Shown in pieces: positions 13,236 through 23,830 of a stretch of 33,682 nt of DNA (position 1 is its first letter; each line of letters begins with the position of its first letter). Under the pieces are notes generated by a model. The model searched no databases. It saw only the letters and a list, made by a program, of their open reading frames with translations, and was not told the DNA's origin. A program made the translations under genes and the position numbers. This DNA is from Ginkgo biloba (taxonomy: Eukaryota > Plantae > Ginkgophyta): NCBI GenBank assembly GCA_024626585.2, contig JANKJI020000002.1, forward strand, positions 163,382,752 through 163,416,433, given 5' to 3'.

Positions 13236-13440
13236 TTCCCTAAAGGGTTTGGTGTAATGGCCATGGATTTGGGTTGATACCCACCAGATTGGGGTTCCAT
13301 TCTCCTCATATTCACCCCCCTATGGCATAAGGGGAATCACATCAGAGCATGGGGATGAGGGGTAGGCCCAACCTCGAACCCTTGTCTCAGCGAGGAAAAT
13401 CGGCTTTGCCTACTGGTACACCTTGCATAAAAATAATAAT
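13236..13440 (+). mobile_element. tRNA-derived SINE-like retroposon, 205 bp, apparently full length
   Basis: GC-rich island bounded by a perfect 26-bp direct repeat AATTAATTAATTAAATATAAAATGGT (13210-13235, 13441-13466). A box TGGTGTAATGG at 13250-13260 and B box GGTTCCATTCT at 13293-13303, 32 nt apart. Ends in an A-rich tail AAAAATAATAAT. Confidence 0.8.
13250..13303 (+). promoter_or_regulatory. RNA polymerase III type 2 internal promoter (A and B boxes) of the SINE
   Basis: TGGTGTAATGG fits TGGnnnAnTGG. GGTTCCATTCT fits GGTTCRAnnCY except for C at the R position. Spacing is tRNA-like. Confidence 0.7.
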
Positions 13441-14959
13441 AATTAATTAATTAAATATAAAATGGTATTAATAAATTATTTGGGCTAGAATATAATCCGT
13501 GTGCTTTCTTTGACCATTATTGACTAGAATGGAAATATATCCAGTTCATCTATCAACTTTAGATCTATAATATTGATTAAGGTGTCCAACTTTTTTTATT
13601 ATCATTCGGTAATCATTATTATGATTTGGAAATGACTTGTATAGCTCGGTAAGGAGTGAATAAGTTGCTTGACATTAACTAGCCAACATATGTGAGTTGA
13701 TAATGAATATATGATTCCTGGAAATAAGACTTTTACATACATTAAATCCCAATATAACATATTCTTAGCTGAGTGATCATTCCTTTTGTAACTATGAATA
13801 ATACTTCTTATTACACAATCTCTTACTTGTTATATTTCTTTTTAAGGGATACCCTCTTAAAGGTCGATTAAGATTCAAAATTCTTCAATCATAGAATTAA
13901 AATTTTATATATACTCATTGAAAATATCTTCATCATTTCCTACTCTAGTCATCATAGAGAGGCCCCATTTTCTAGCTATTAGCATATTCTTTATTGTTAG
14001 CAAATTTTCACATGAACATTAGAGAAGGTGATGATAAGATCTTTTAAATTATTCTTCCTAATAGTATATGCATACGTTGATATTCTCCTTGGATGGTTCA
14101 ATAGTTCTATTAATCACATATCAACCCATCAAAGAAAGCAAGGTCAATACTATTCCCTCATCACATAAATATTTCAAATATATGAGTTTAAGATTTTGTT
14201 AATTGATCAAGAGTTATCGATGAAGATGAATCAAAGAAGGAAAAATCAAATGCCAAATGAAACATAATGTTAATTTTTATCTAACCCAAACATCTATATC
14301 TATTTCTTAGCATCACAAGAATCTACCCATGTTGGCACCACCTTAGGAGAAATTGGTGTGAGGAAGAAAATTTCATAGGACTCACGGATACCTCCACTTC
14401 ATAGTCTTGGGACTTTAAACTTTTGGAATGTGATGATTTCTATTATAACATAGAGATATTCAAACTATATTGATAATGGAGAACATATATGAAGCATGCA
14501 TAGAGCCTAACCTTAAAATTTAGTGACATTAATCAACATGGACATTGAGGAGCTTGAAAAAAAAATGACTTGTACTAATATATAACTACAACACATTGAA
14601 AAGGGACAAGAAAATTTTATAATATTATATTCAAGAAATATTTTTATTAAAACATGTCTTTGTAATAACTTATTAAAAAAATTAATAATAAGGCTATATA
14701 TCACATAAGTATTTTTAAGAGTTTTTTGACATTCTAACATGAGGAACTTAGTATTAACTCAAAGTCCTCATTAATAAGATCAAATTGTTCTAAAGCTTCA
14801 TTCACAACATTAAATTTTAATATAAACGTATATATTTAGGAATAATAATTCCTATATATGAATTTTATTTCACAAAAATCACTTTGAAACTTATATGAGA
14901 CAAACTCTTTATTATATAGAATTGAAAATACAAGCATGTAAATCCATTAAACTTAACAA

Positions 14960-15182
14960 ATTTAAAATACAATATAAGACTATAAGAACCAATGTCCAAA
15001 TACCTTATGATGAGCCACCTTTTGATATTCTTAGACACAAAATTTCTCTCACACAGAGCTCATTGGGGACTAAAACATTATACCATTTGTTGCAATATCT
15101 TGATCATCCCCTCTTTAGACATAATTTAGACCATATTCTCATGCATACTCTCTACTAAAAATTTGAATCTCCCTTAGAATCT
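14960..15182. repeat. Dispersed direct repeat, copy 2 (LTR-like), homologous to 9890-10105; runs into a gap
   Basis: Same collinear blocks as copy 1, about 5.07 kb downstream and in the same orientation. Confidence 0.7.
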
Positions 15183-16329
15183 NNNNNNNNNNNNNNNNNN
15201 NNNNNNNNNNNNNNNNNNNNNNNNNNNNNNNNNNNNNNNNNNNNNNNNNNNNNNNNNNNNNNNNNNNNNNNNNNNNNNNNNNAAATAAGGAAAGGAAATT
15301 GAGAATGAATTAGGCTTTCTTTCAATTCTATTAATTCCTTAGCTAGACTACTACCCAAATCTTACTTTCTTAGTGATATTTATCGTTAAAAAAGTAATAT
15401 TATTCACTCATATAAATATTAAGATAAGATTTTATTCATAAATTAGACTTGAACTCTTTATGAGGCTTCTTCAAGCCTCAGGAGCTCATTGTGCCAAGTT
15501 CTATCAAGAAGAGGGTTATGGGGTGAAACTCCCCTCTAACCCAATTGTACGCCCCTCAATCGATAGAATGAAACTAAGTGTATTTAAAAATCTTAAAGAT
15601 ACCCCTGATATGTGGTTTCATTGTTTGCATGATGGGAAGTTCCTATATTTTATTCACATTCAGTTATTCCATTCAAATGTGTCAGGAAATTAAATAATCC
15701 ATTCACGCTACACACACTTATCTAGGTCATTTGGCCTCACTTGGATTCTATGATAGAATAAAAATATTCCATATCCTTTGGGAGATCCCTAAGGTCTCTT
15801 AAAAGGTTTGTACGAGGTTGGAGTCTTGAATCCCCTTCATAGGATGGGTTTTTCCCTGTTCTTTTAAGGAAATAAATAAATAAAATTGGGAAAGGTAGGG
15901 GAATTAACTTTCATAATTTCTTTTTAGATGTTTAATTAATGAAAAATGGGGGTCTTGTTTGTTTATTTATGTATATAAAATAGATTTCACTTTTTCACTA
16001 ACATAGAAAAAACTTCCTTCAAATACACATACACATGTTCATGGTACTCCAAGGAGTATCGCTGTACCTCATAACTATTTGGGTTAGTCATTCTGACTAA
16101 GTTAGGGGAAGAACATATAATCCCCATATTACACTTATTTATGTTTAAATCATAATTATATTCTTCATCCAAGTTGATAATGGGCATTATATTTAACTCC
16201 TACTGATAAGATAAATATAGTCATCTAATAAAATTGAGAATAAAGGTCTCCTTTATTTCATCAACAATCATTATTACATTGATATTATAAGACTCATGTA
16301 TATACTCTTATATGATTCTACCTATGGTC

Positions 16330-17290
16330 TGGCATAAATTATACCATTTTATTGTAATATTCTTTATATATTATATAGGATACAATTTTTCTTAGATTAG
16401 TTACTTCATGTCATATCATGAAGTCACTAGGACTTGATGTCCACTTTCTCTTTGCATGCAAAGAACATCCCACTAAATAAGATCATGCTTGGTTATCTTC
16501 AATTTGGAAAATAAACAATACTATTTATCTCCATATCCCTAAGTCTCAAAATATACTTCTAAATCCTTTATCCAAACATCAACATTGTACATAATAATCT
16601 ATGGTTTTGTTAAAAGAAACTAACTCAATATTGTATTCCAATTTTATCATGGATTTAGAATAACTATAAAATAGATGGGAAGAAGAAGAGGATGTAGGTC
16701 CTCCATTGGAAATACTTTTCTCACAGGCTAAGTATATATCCATGAGGCCTTAACACCATTAAGAGGCCTTTGTATCTTCCACCTAAAGGGTATAATCTAT
16801 TGTTTAGTAAACTTTATATCCTTAGGTAGAGGATAAATATGAGTGGAAATATCCTTATTCTTTGGAGCTTACATAAATATCCTATATAGGAAAGACTAAA
16901 TTTTCCAAACAAATATATATATGTAGAGCCAAAATAAACCAATGAACAATTAAGGCTAAATAATATAAGAATTAGGATTTAATATGAATTAATGTGTATG
17001 TAGAGGAGAGATTATTTAATAATAAATAAAGAGTGAGTGATTGGAAGGATTTTAAAATTGAGCTACACTCAAAATAATTCTTTAAAGTCTATAAGAAGGT
17101 ATTCTTCAACTTTGGTATTCTATAGAATGTATACAACAACTCTCTAGAATTGTGTATTCTTAAATTAGGATTGATTTCTAAGTGAAATTAGATCTCAAAT
17201 AAAACTTATAAGAGGATGCATCCTTATTTAACCATACTACACCTTTATCTTAATACCTTTCACCTTTATTCATTTTCACTATGATTTCTT
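16330..17290 (-). mobile_element. Probable ancient L1-like LINE ORF2 (reverse transcriptase) relic
   Basis: Motifs in the expected order on the minus strand: VK*GCILL*VLFEI (~17233, cf. GV(R/K)QGCPLSP.LF), PITHSLF (~17040, cf. ISHL.FADD; the DD is lost), RYKGLL (cf. YLGLPL), KSISNGG..LLPIYF (cf. LS.GGR..LPIY), LI*WDVLCMQRESG (cf. LV.W..VC.PK..GG). Spacings are somewhat longer than canonical and there are many frameshifts. Confidence 0.45.
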
Positions 17291-18218
17291 TGGTCACCAA
17301 CACTACATCGTTTCTACCAAAGATAAACATCAGAGGAAAATACCAAGTTTGGATTTTTCATACTTATTACAACCACATTATTGATGATAAAATATTTACT
17401 ACAAGTTAAAAATAAAGGATAAAAGTTTTAGATATATTTATAAATCAAAGTGTAACTAGAAACTTGATAGACTTCAAAAGATATTTAATAAATAAGAGGG
17501 AAAGAACAAAGGATATAAATCTCTCTAAATTATTAATATTTAAATATGAATTATTAATATAAAAATTTTAATTATTAAAAAGGAAAGCCTAATATATGGT
17601 TTTACATAAATATCCTAATATATTAATATAAAGTAGAAAACCCTAATATAAAATGGGTATCTAATGATGATTAGATGATGTGCACAAATTAGCTAATCAA
17701 CATTTAAATAATAAATAATAAATCCCATTATAGATAATTACTTACTCACATATTAAATATTTACTAACTAAGACCATCATCAAACTTATTTATATAAATT
17801 TATAATTAAAAAAAAAAATGATTGATGTGAAGTGCAAGAGAATGTACACATGTGGATGCATAAAACACAAATGTTGTTATTAAACTTAGACTAGAGATCA
17901 ATATTATTTGAATATAAATGTGGAAGGATATGGGATATCCCAAAATTATACATTCCAAATTTATTATCTAGATGGAAATTTGAAATTAATTCATAACTAA
18001 TTGTAACTTATTTAATTTTAAAAATATATTTGATAAGTTTTAAAATATACTAAGACTTTGAGGTGATCTTATTACCTACCAATATTAATTCATAGAAATT
18101 ATTTTAAGGAAGAACCTANNNNNNNNNNNNNNNNNNNNNNNNNNNNNNNNNNNNNNNNNNNNNNNNNNNNNNNNNNNNNNNNNNNNNNNNNNNNNNNNNN
18201 NNNNNNNNNNNNNNNNNN

Positions 18219-19460
18219 ACACACAACCTTTTTTAACTAGAGAAAACCTCATTGGGAATAAAACTCCAAGTCTATTAAAGAAATCACTAATTTTACATCC
18301 AGATCTCTTATAATGAGCTTTCGTGACTTCTTCCTCACTAATAGAGGTCTGTACAATTTATTCACTTGGTTTTATAAATAATTATCAAGAATAATGGTAC
18401 TCGGCCCTGGCTATAGCAATCTATAAGTAATTCAACAATGTCTTTCCTTGATAGAAAGACTCCATATATCCCCAATTGCTATGTCATCAAGCTCTACTAT
18501 GAGTGTTCTACTAGGTATGAATTCACTATCATGAAGGTTTTCCCTTGGTGAAATTCTACTCATTCGTGACTTTGCTTCCTCGACTCAACCTTCCATGGCT
18601 CACTAGCTCCACATACTCACACATTCAGGACAAATAACCAAAGAATCATAATTGAATGACCAATGATCCAACAACCACATCCAACCAACCCTTTCATCTT
18701 CGACGAGCTTCCTTTTTATACATGAACCCTTATCACCTTAAAATACTAGTGCATCATTTATCCTTGGATCCAATAACCTTACTAGGTGTACCATTTACTT
18801 TTCAATGGCTACCGCCCTTTACTACATTATAATGGCTCTCTACAAGTCCTCTGGTTTAAATTCATTCTTTCGTAATCATTTGATAGGTGTGGTAGGTATT
18901 ACTACACCTTCATAATAAATCACACACATGTGTCTTTTTAAATTCGTATCACTTTCTTGAGCACATCGCTGTGGCTTCATGGATTCAAAATTTCCTATTC
19001 CTTGTCTCAACATGAAAATATCTAGGTAAGGGAAGTATCACTTGCTCTTTAGTCATACTAGGTCTAGGTTACATTCTTGGTCCTTGTTTGTGAATACCTT
19101 CCTTATCATGACAAGCCAACATACTCCATGATTATAATGCTATGCTTCTTTTCCTAATGGGGTAATGTGTTTCCAAGCCTCTTTATGATCCCTTAGCCTT
19201 AGTTAAACTCATGAAGCTACCAAAACATTCTTATCATATTCCTTCTAGGTCCCACTGAGTGACAAACCTAATGGCCCCTGACTGTTGGTCCTCATTTTGG
19301 TTCATGAGTTCACCAAGAAGACCTCTTATAGCTAGGACCCGATTCTTTAGTTTTAGTGACTTTTAACCAGTAGATGATTCTTGATTTACCATAATTGATA
19401 CTCCATCAAATCTACAAGTGTTAAATTCTTCAAGGATCATTGAGGAGCTCAATTATTCAA
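18219..19460 (-). mobile_element. LTR of the CRM-like family, copy 1; both ends lie in gaps
   Basis: Collinear homology over >1.1 kb with 23831-25415 (e.g. TTATAAATAATTATCAAGAATAATGG, CCTTTTTATACATGA, ATTTACCATAATTGATACTC). Non-coding, with TATA-like TGTATAAAAAGG on the minus strand near 18720. Adjacent to a gag copy across a gap. Confidence 0.75.
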
Positions 19461-19560
19461 NNNNNNNNNNNNNNNNNNNNNNNNNNNNNNNNNNNNNNNN
19501 NNNNNNNNNNNNNNNNNNNNNNNNNNNNNNNNNNNNNNNNNNNNNNNNNNNNNNNNNNNN

Positions 19561-20490
19561 GTAAGCTAAGTGAACTCAATTTATAGCTTAATAAGGAGAA
19601 AATCCTCCTCTAGGCTAGTGGTTCTTACTTGCTAAAAAACCACATGAGTCTTCATTGCTAGAATTTCCTCCCTAATGCCATCTTTCAACACCCTTGTTTC
19701 TACCCATATGAGATGTTAGAGTATAGCTATTGAAAGGTCTCTTTCTTACATTATGGATTAGCTTTTACTTTGCCTTGAGTGCAAGCTGATAATCCCTATC
19801 AACATTTTCTATGTACTACATGAATAACTAATCTTGAATGACATATGACAATCCATTGATATATTTAGAGTCTAATTTCTCCTTGGTTTCTTCAAATCCA
19901 CTGTGAATGGATAAACTAAAAAAATCATCAATGTAATCTAACACACTCTTCTCCTTTTGTCTCAAGATTTGAAACTCTCTAAACAGTCACTAACTATAGT
20001 CCATGGGTAAGAACTTTCCCTTTAAATTATCCACCATATGGTACCAAAATTAAATGGGTACTTTTTTTTGTTAGGATCTATCCTTCTATAAATTCTCCCA
20101 TCAAATGGAAGCATACTCATTTAGACAAGTGTATGCAAACTTCACTTGCCTGGGGTCTTTATATTCCTCCCAGTCAAAATACTTCTCCATGACTCTTATC
20201 TAGTCCATTAAGTCTTTTGGCTTCATAATCCCACCAAATCTCAACACTTCTATATTTTCTCCTCTATGAATATTCTTCAACACCCTAATCAACATGGCCT
20301 GACCATAATATTTTGGGTGGAATAAGTCTCTATTCTCTTCCTCAGATCCAACCATTTGATCTTCAAGTGATGTAAGTCTCTATTCTAAGAAGGAATTTTT
20401 AAGGTTTTCGACCTTCTCCCTATTGCATTTAACCCTTTAAACCAAGTCTCCCATCAATTGATTAATTGGACCATCTCCACTGTATGACAT
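19561..20490 (-). mobile_element. gag: Ty3/gypsy CRM-like gag pseudogene, copy 1
   Basis: Single frame from ATG 20490: ...EVLRFGGIMKPKDLMD*IRVMEKYFDWEEYKDPRQVKFAYTCLNEYASI*WENL*...WYHMVDNLKGKFLPMDYS**LFREFQILRQKEKSVLDYIDDF. This is the Retrotrans_gag signature typical of CRM-clade chromoviruses, with many in-frame stops. Confidence 0.88.
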
Positions 20491-20554
20491 TTTAATTTTT
20501 TCTCTAGTGGTGATGAAATTCCTTTATCAACATCTCTAATAATCTTCAAATTGT

Positions 20555-20566
20555 GCTCTGATACTG
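20555..20566 (-). promoter_or_regulatory. Primer-binding site (tRNA-iMet type), degenerate, upstream of gag copy 1
   Basis: Minus strand ...TAGTATCA-AC-CAGTATCAGAGC: 10/12 match to TGGTATCAGAGC, 2 nt after an ATCA LTR-type end and ~65 nt before the gag ATG. Confidence 0.7.
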
Positions 20567-20617
20567 GTTGATACTAGTTCATGGTATCAAACCATTTTTT
20601 CCATGAGCTATTCCTTA

Positions 20618-20629
20618 GATCTGATACCA
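20618..20629 (-). promoter_or_regulatory. Second tRNA-iMet primer-binding site
   Basis: Minus strand ...CCTATACA-AGA-TGGTATCAGATC: 11/12 match, 3 nt after an LTR 3' end at 20633. Confidence 0.7.
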
Positions 20630-20632
20630 TCT

Positions 20633-20737
20633 TGTATAGGGGATGAGATGTGGTATAAAACTTATTGTGGGGAGATCATAGTAGAGGCCTAACACTCTAT
20701 CATTGAACCCAACCCTACCTTTTAGGATCTTTAGAAG
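20633..20737 (-). mobile_element. 3' end (U5) of a 5' LTR, truncated by a gap; homologous to 27325-27429 in inverted orientation
   Basis: Equal-length 105-bp segments, 55/62 identical over the first part. Ends in CA and is followed by a PBS. Confidence 0.75.
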
Positions 20738-21446
20738 NNNNNNNNNNNNNNNNNNNNNNNNNNNNNNNNNNNNNNNNNNNNNNNNNNNNNNNNNNNNNNN
20801 NNNNNNNNNNNNNNNNNNNNNNNNNNNNNNNNNNNNNTGGACTACTTGTATATGCCATATCACACTACCATATCACTTGGATTTGACACTTCATCTACTA
20901 AGTCAATAAGTTCAAATGTCACATTTTAAAATGGGTTGACTAAAAATAATAAAATATAGAAAGTTGGAAAACATGTGATATTGCCTTTTTATATGAGAAT
21001 TAAACTCAAAATATATGTTGTTCCATTTTGATTCTCTTGATTTTCTTTTGATATGACAATTACACTCAAAGCATGTGCTAGTTTTTGAAAGCATGCTTTA
21101 TTTATATAAACTCCACTTTTTAATTTGGGTGTTGACTATTCACCCAATCCATTTTGATCTTATACTTTAACTCTCTTGTAAATAATAACATTAAATATTA
21201 AATTACGATCACATAGAAAATAGTTATTATAGCATTATCATGGGTTCTAAGAGTTATTGTATTAGAAAATAAGATAGAAAAAGGTCAATCGTATTAGAAG
21301 AGAAAGAAACCATAAGAAGAGAGACAAATAGAGAGTATGAAAGAAAGTATAAAGAGAGAAATAAGGACAAAATAATAATATCATTAGGGAAAAATATAGA
21401 GTTATAATATATGACTGTACACTTTTCAATTTGAGAGATAGATTAA

Positions 21447-22162
21447 TGATGTAGGAGCATCGTCACATTTTATTAATGGAGAAATTTTGAGTAAATGAAT
21501 AGTGCCAACTAGGGAACTGATGAAATAGGAGTTCACCAACCTCAAGAGAATCCTAATATTCAGGAATTCCTTGTTTGTGGTTGTAATAATTTAAGATAGT
21601 AGTTGGAAGATACCTACTAGCATACTCTTCACCTATGAATGAAGAATAAATCAAGTTGAATGCCCCATTAATCGAGAGAATCAAAAGGGAGTGTTAAGTG
21701 TCAGAAGGGAGAGAATTTTTCGTATAAGGATCAATAGAGAGGGAGAGAATAGAATAAGTAATAGAATATGGAGTATATAGAGAGCTAGATAATTTTAGAA
21801 GATACACTGAATGTAAGGAAACTAAGGGAGATAGAGAAGAAGGAGGAGTTCAGGCTGGTAGTTATCGTGATGAAGCTGATTGAATGGTCTAAGAAGAGAA
21901 TTATTTATAATATTATAATCATATGCATTATATCTATAATTCATATCGTGTCCTTTACTAATATAAAAAATTTATTATCTATATGTATTATTCTATGTGT
22001 ACTCTTATTTGTGGTTTTCTTTACCTCTCTCTATGGCTATGATTTCCCTACTAAAAATAGTTTTATATTCCTATGTGTCGTGTTCACCCAGATTTTAGTG
22101 GGATAATGTTAGAACATTACATCATGTATCTATCTATCTATTTTTGTGTTTATGTGCATATG
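21447..22162 (+). mobile_element. Probable 3' LTR of a CRM-like element (TGAT start), truncated by a gap
   Basis: Starts TGATGTAGGAGCAT after a purine-rich GAGAGATAGA tract. TATA-like GTATATAG near 21773, then purine-rich and T-rich segments as in U3-R-U5. Confidence 0.5.
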
Positions 22163-22262
22163 NNNNNNNNNNNNNNNNNNNNNNNNNNNNNNNNNNNNNN
22201 NNNNNNNNNNNNNNNNNNNNNNNNNNNNNNNNNNNNNNNNNNNNNNNNNNNNNNNNNNNNNN

Positions 22263-23830
22263 ATCTTTTATAATAGTGTAGGTTTTTTGGCGGCCATCAT
22301 GAACTGCTTCTCTGTCATACTGCCATGGGCAAAACAATAAAAGGTCGTATGCATCTGTGGGGATGACATCACACCATACTTCATCCTTATAATTTCCTAA
22401 TTAGATGGGTATCAAACATCAGTGTTCAACTATTATTTCTCCACCTTTCTTGAACTATGAGATTATGTACAGTGCTCCCAATCGATGTCGGTGAAGGCTT
22501 AACTTGTTAACCAACTCCTCCAACACCATGCTCTCATAACTTCCTCCATCCATAATTACATCTCGAACATGGTCTCTTGACATATATTTTATTATGAAGA
22601 TCTTATTTCTTTGGTAACTGTCGATGTTCAAGTTTAAGATATAAGCGACATCTCTTCTCCTACTCATATATGGGTGGAAATCAAACTCCTTTATCACCAT
22701 CTATTTATCATTTTGTTGGCACTCTTCAATTCGTCTCTATGTGGCCTACTTCTTTCTTGATGATAATAAGACTTTTTGTGTTCATGCTACTTCAACCCTG
22801 TTGGCCAAAGAACACTTAAGTTCCTTCCTCTGCCAGACCAAGTTCACTCCAGGTTCTCTAGGTTGAGTCTTATCTTCATTCCTTCTATGTAATTCATAAG
22901 ACATATGTCCCTCTCTGGCACAACTGTAATAGGTAACTAGTCTTTGAAATGACTATGGTGCTCTATCAAACTTCCACCATGATGATGAGCCAATCAACCT
23001 CAACCTCTATCATGACATGAATTGAGTCCTCCTCTGGGTCAGTGGGTTCCATTGGACATAACATTAAGGTGTTATAAAAAATTAAACTTCCTCCATTCTA
23101 CCATCTTTCGCCACCTCTCTTTTAATGCTAGTAGGATGTGGATGAACTATTAATGAATGGTCTCTTCCTCACATGTCAGACTAACTTCTCTTCATCTTTA
23201 AGTGTGAGTTCATATGCTTCATCGATGTTCTCCATATAATGCATGGAAAGCTCATCTTATATTGCATATGATAAGCCATTAATGTACTTGGATATCAAAT
23301 GTTATTCACCCTCTTCCTATCCACTATAGATAGATAACTTGAAGAAGTCGTCGGTGTACTCTAACACACTCTTTTTTCTCTGCTTTAAATTCTAAAATTC
23401 TTTAAATAAACATTGACCATAATCTAAGGGTAATAATTTACTTTTTAACTTTCCCACCATTCTTGACCAATCTTGAATTGGTTCTTTGCCTCATTGGGTT
23501 TGGTCCTTCTGCATATGTTCCCACCAAATGACAACATGCTCTTTTAAATGGGTGTAGGCAAGCTTCACTTGCCTAGGGTCCTTAATTTCCTCCCATTCAA
23601 AATACTTATTCATGAAGCTTATCTAGTCTATTAAGTATTTTAGCTTCATAATCCCACCAAATCTTGGAACTTATAGATTTTCTCCTCTATGACTATTATT
23701 CAACACCATAGTCAACATGGAATTAGTACTTTATTTTAGTTGGAATAAATCTCTATTCTCTTACTTAGATCTAGCCATTTGATATTTAGTGATGTGAGTC
23801 TCTTCTCTCAGAAGGAATTTTCAAGGTTAT
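22263..23830 (-). mobile_element. gag-pol: Ty3/gypsy CRM-like gag-protease pseudogene, copy 2; gag N-terminus deleted
   Basis: VPRFGGIMK..LID*ISFMNKYFEWEEIKDPRQVKLAYTHLKEHVVIWWEHMQ..GKEPIQDWSRMVGKLKSKLLPLDY..NLKQRKKSVLEYTDDFFKL..YINGL; decayed knuckle TYYSCAREGHMSYE; protease QRNKIF..DVIMDGGSYE (ORF 22455-22700); NYKDEVWCDVIPTDAYDLLLFCPWQYDREAVHDGRQKTYT. Confidence 0.92.

Noticed and set aside
13245-13310. Functional tRNA gene
   Set aside because: No acceptor stem, a 4-nt anticodon loop, and it sits in a TSD-flanked unit with a tail. It is a SINE head.
13500-14150. Possible L1 endonuclease trace (FNSMIEE..LIDL..G) on the minus strand
   Set aside because: One weak motif only, and it lies downstream of the RT relic, the wrong order for a single LINE.
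21867-22106. Hydrophobic 79-aa ORF as a membrane or env protein
   Set aside because: I/F/L richness follows from T-rich LTR sequence; non-ATG start and no motif.
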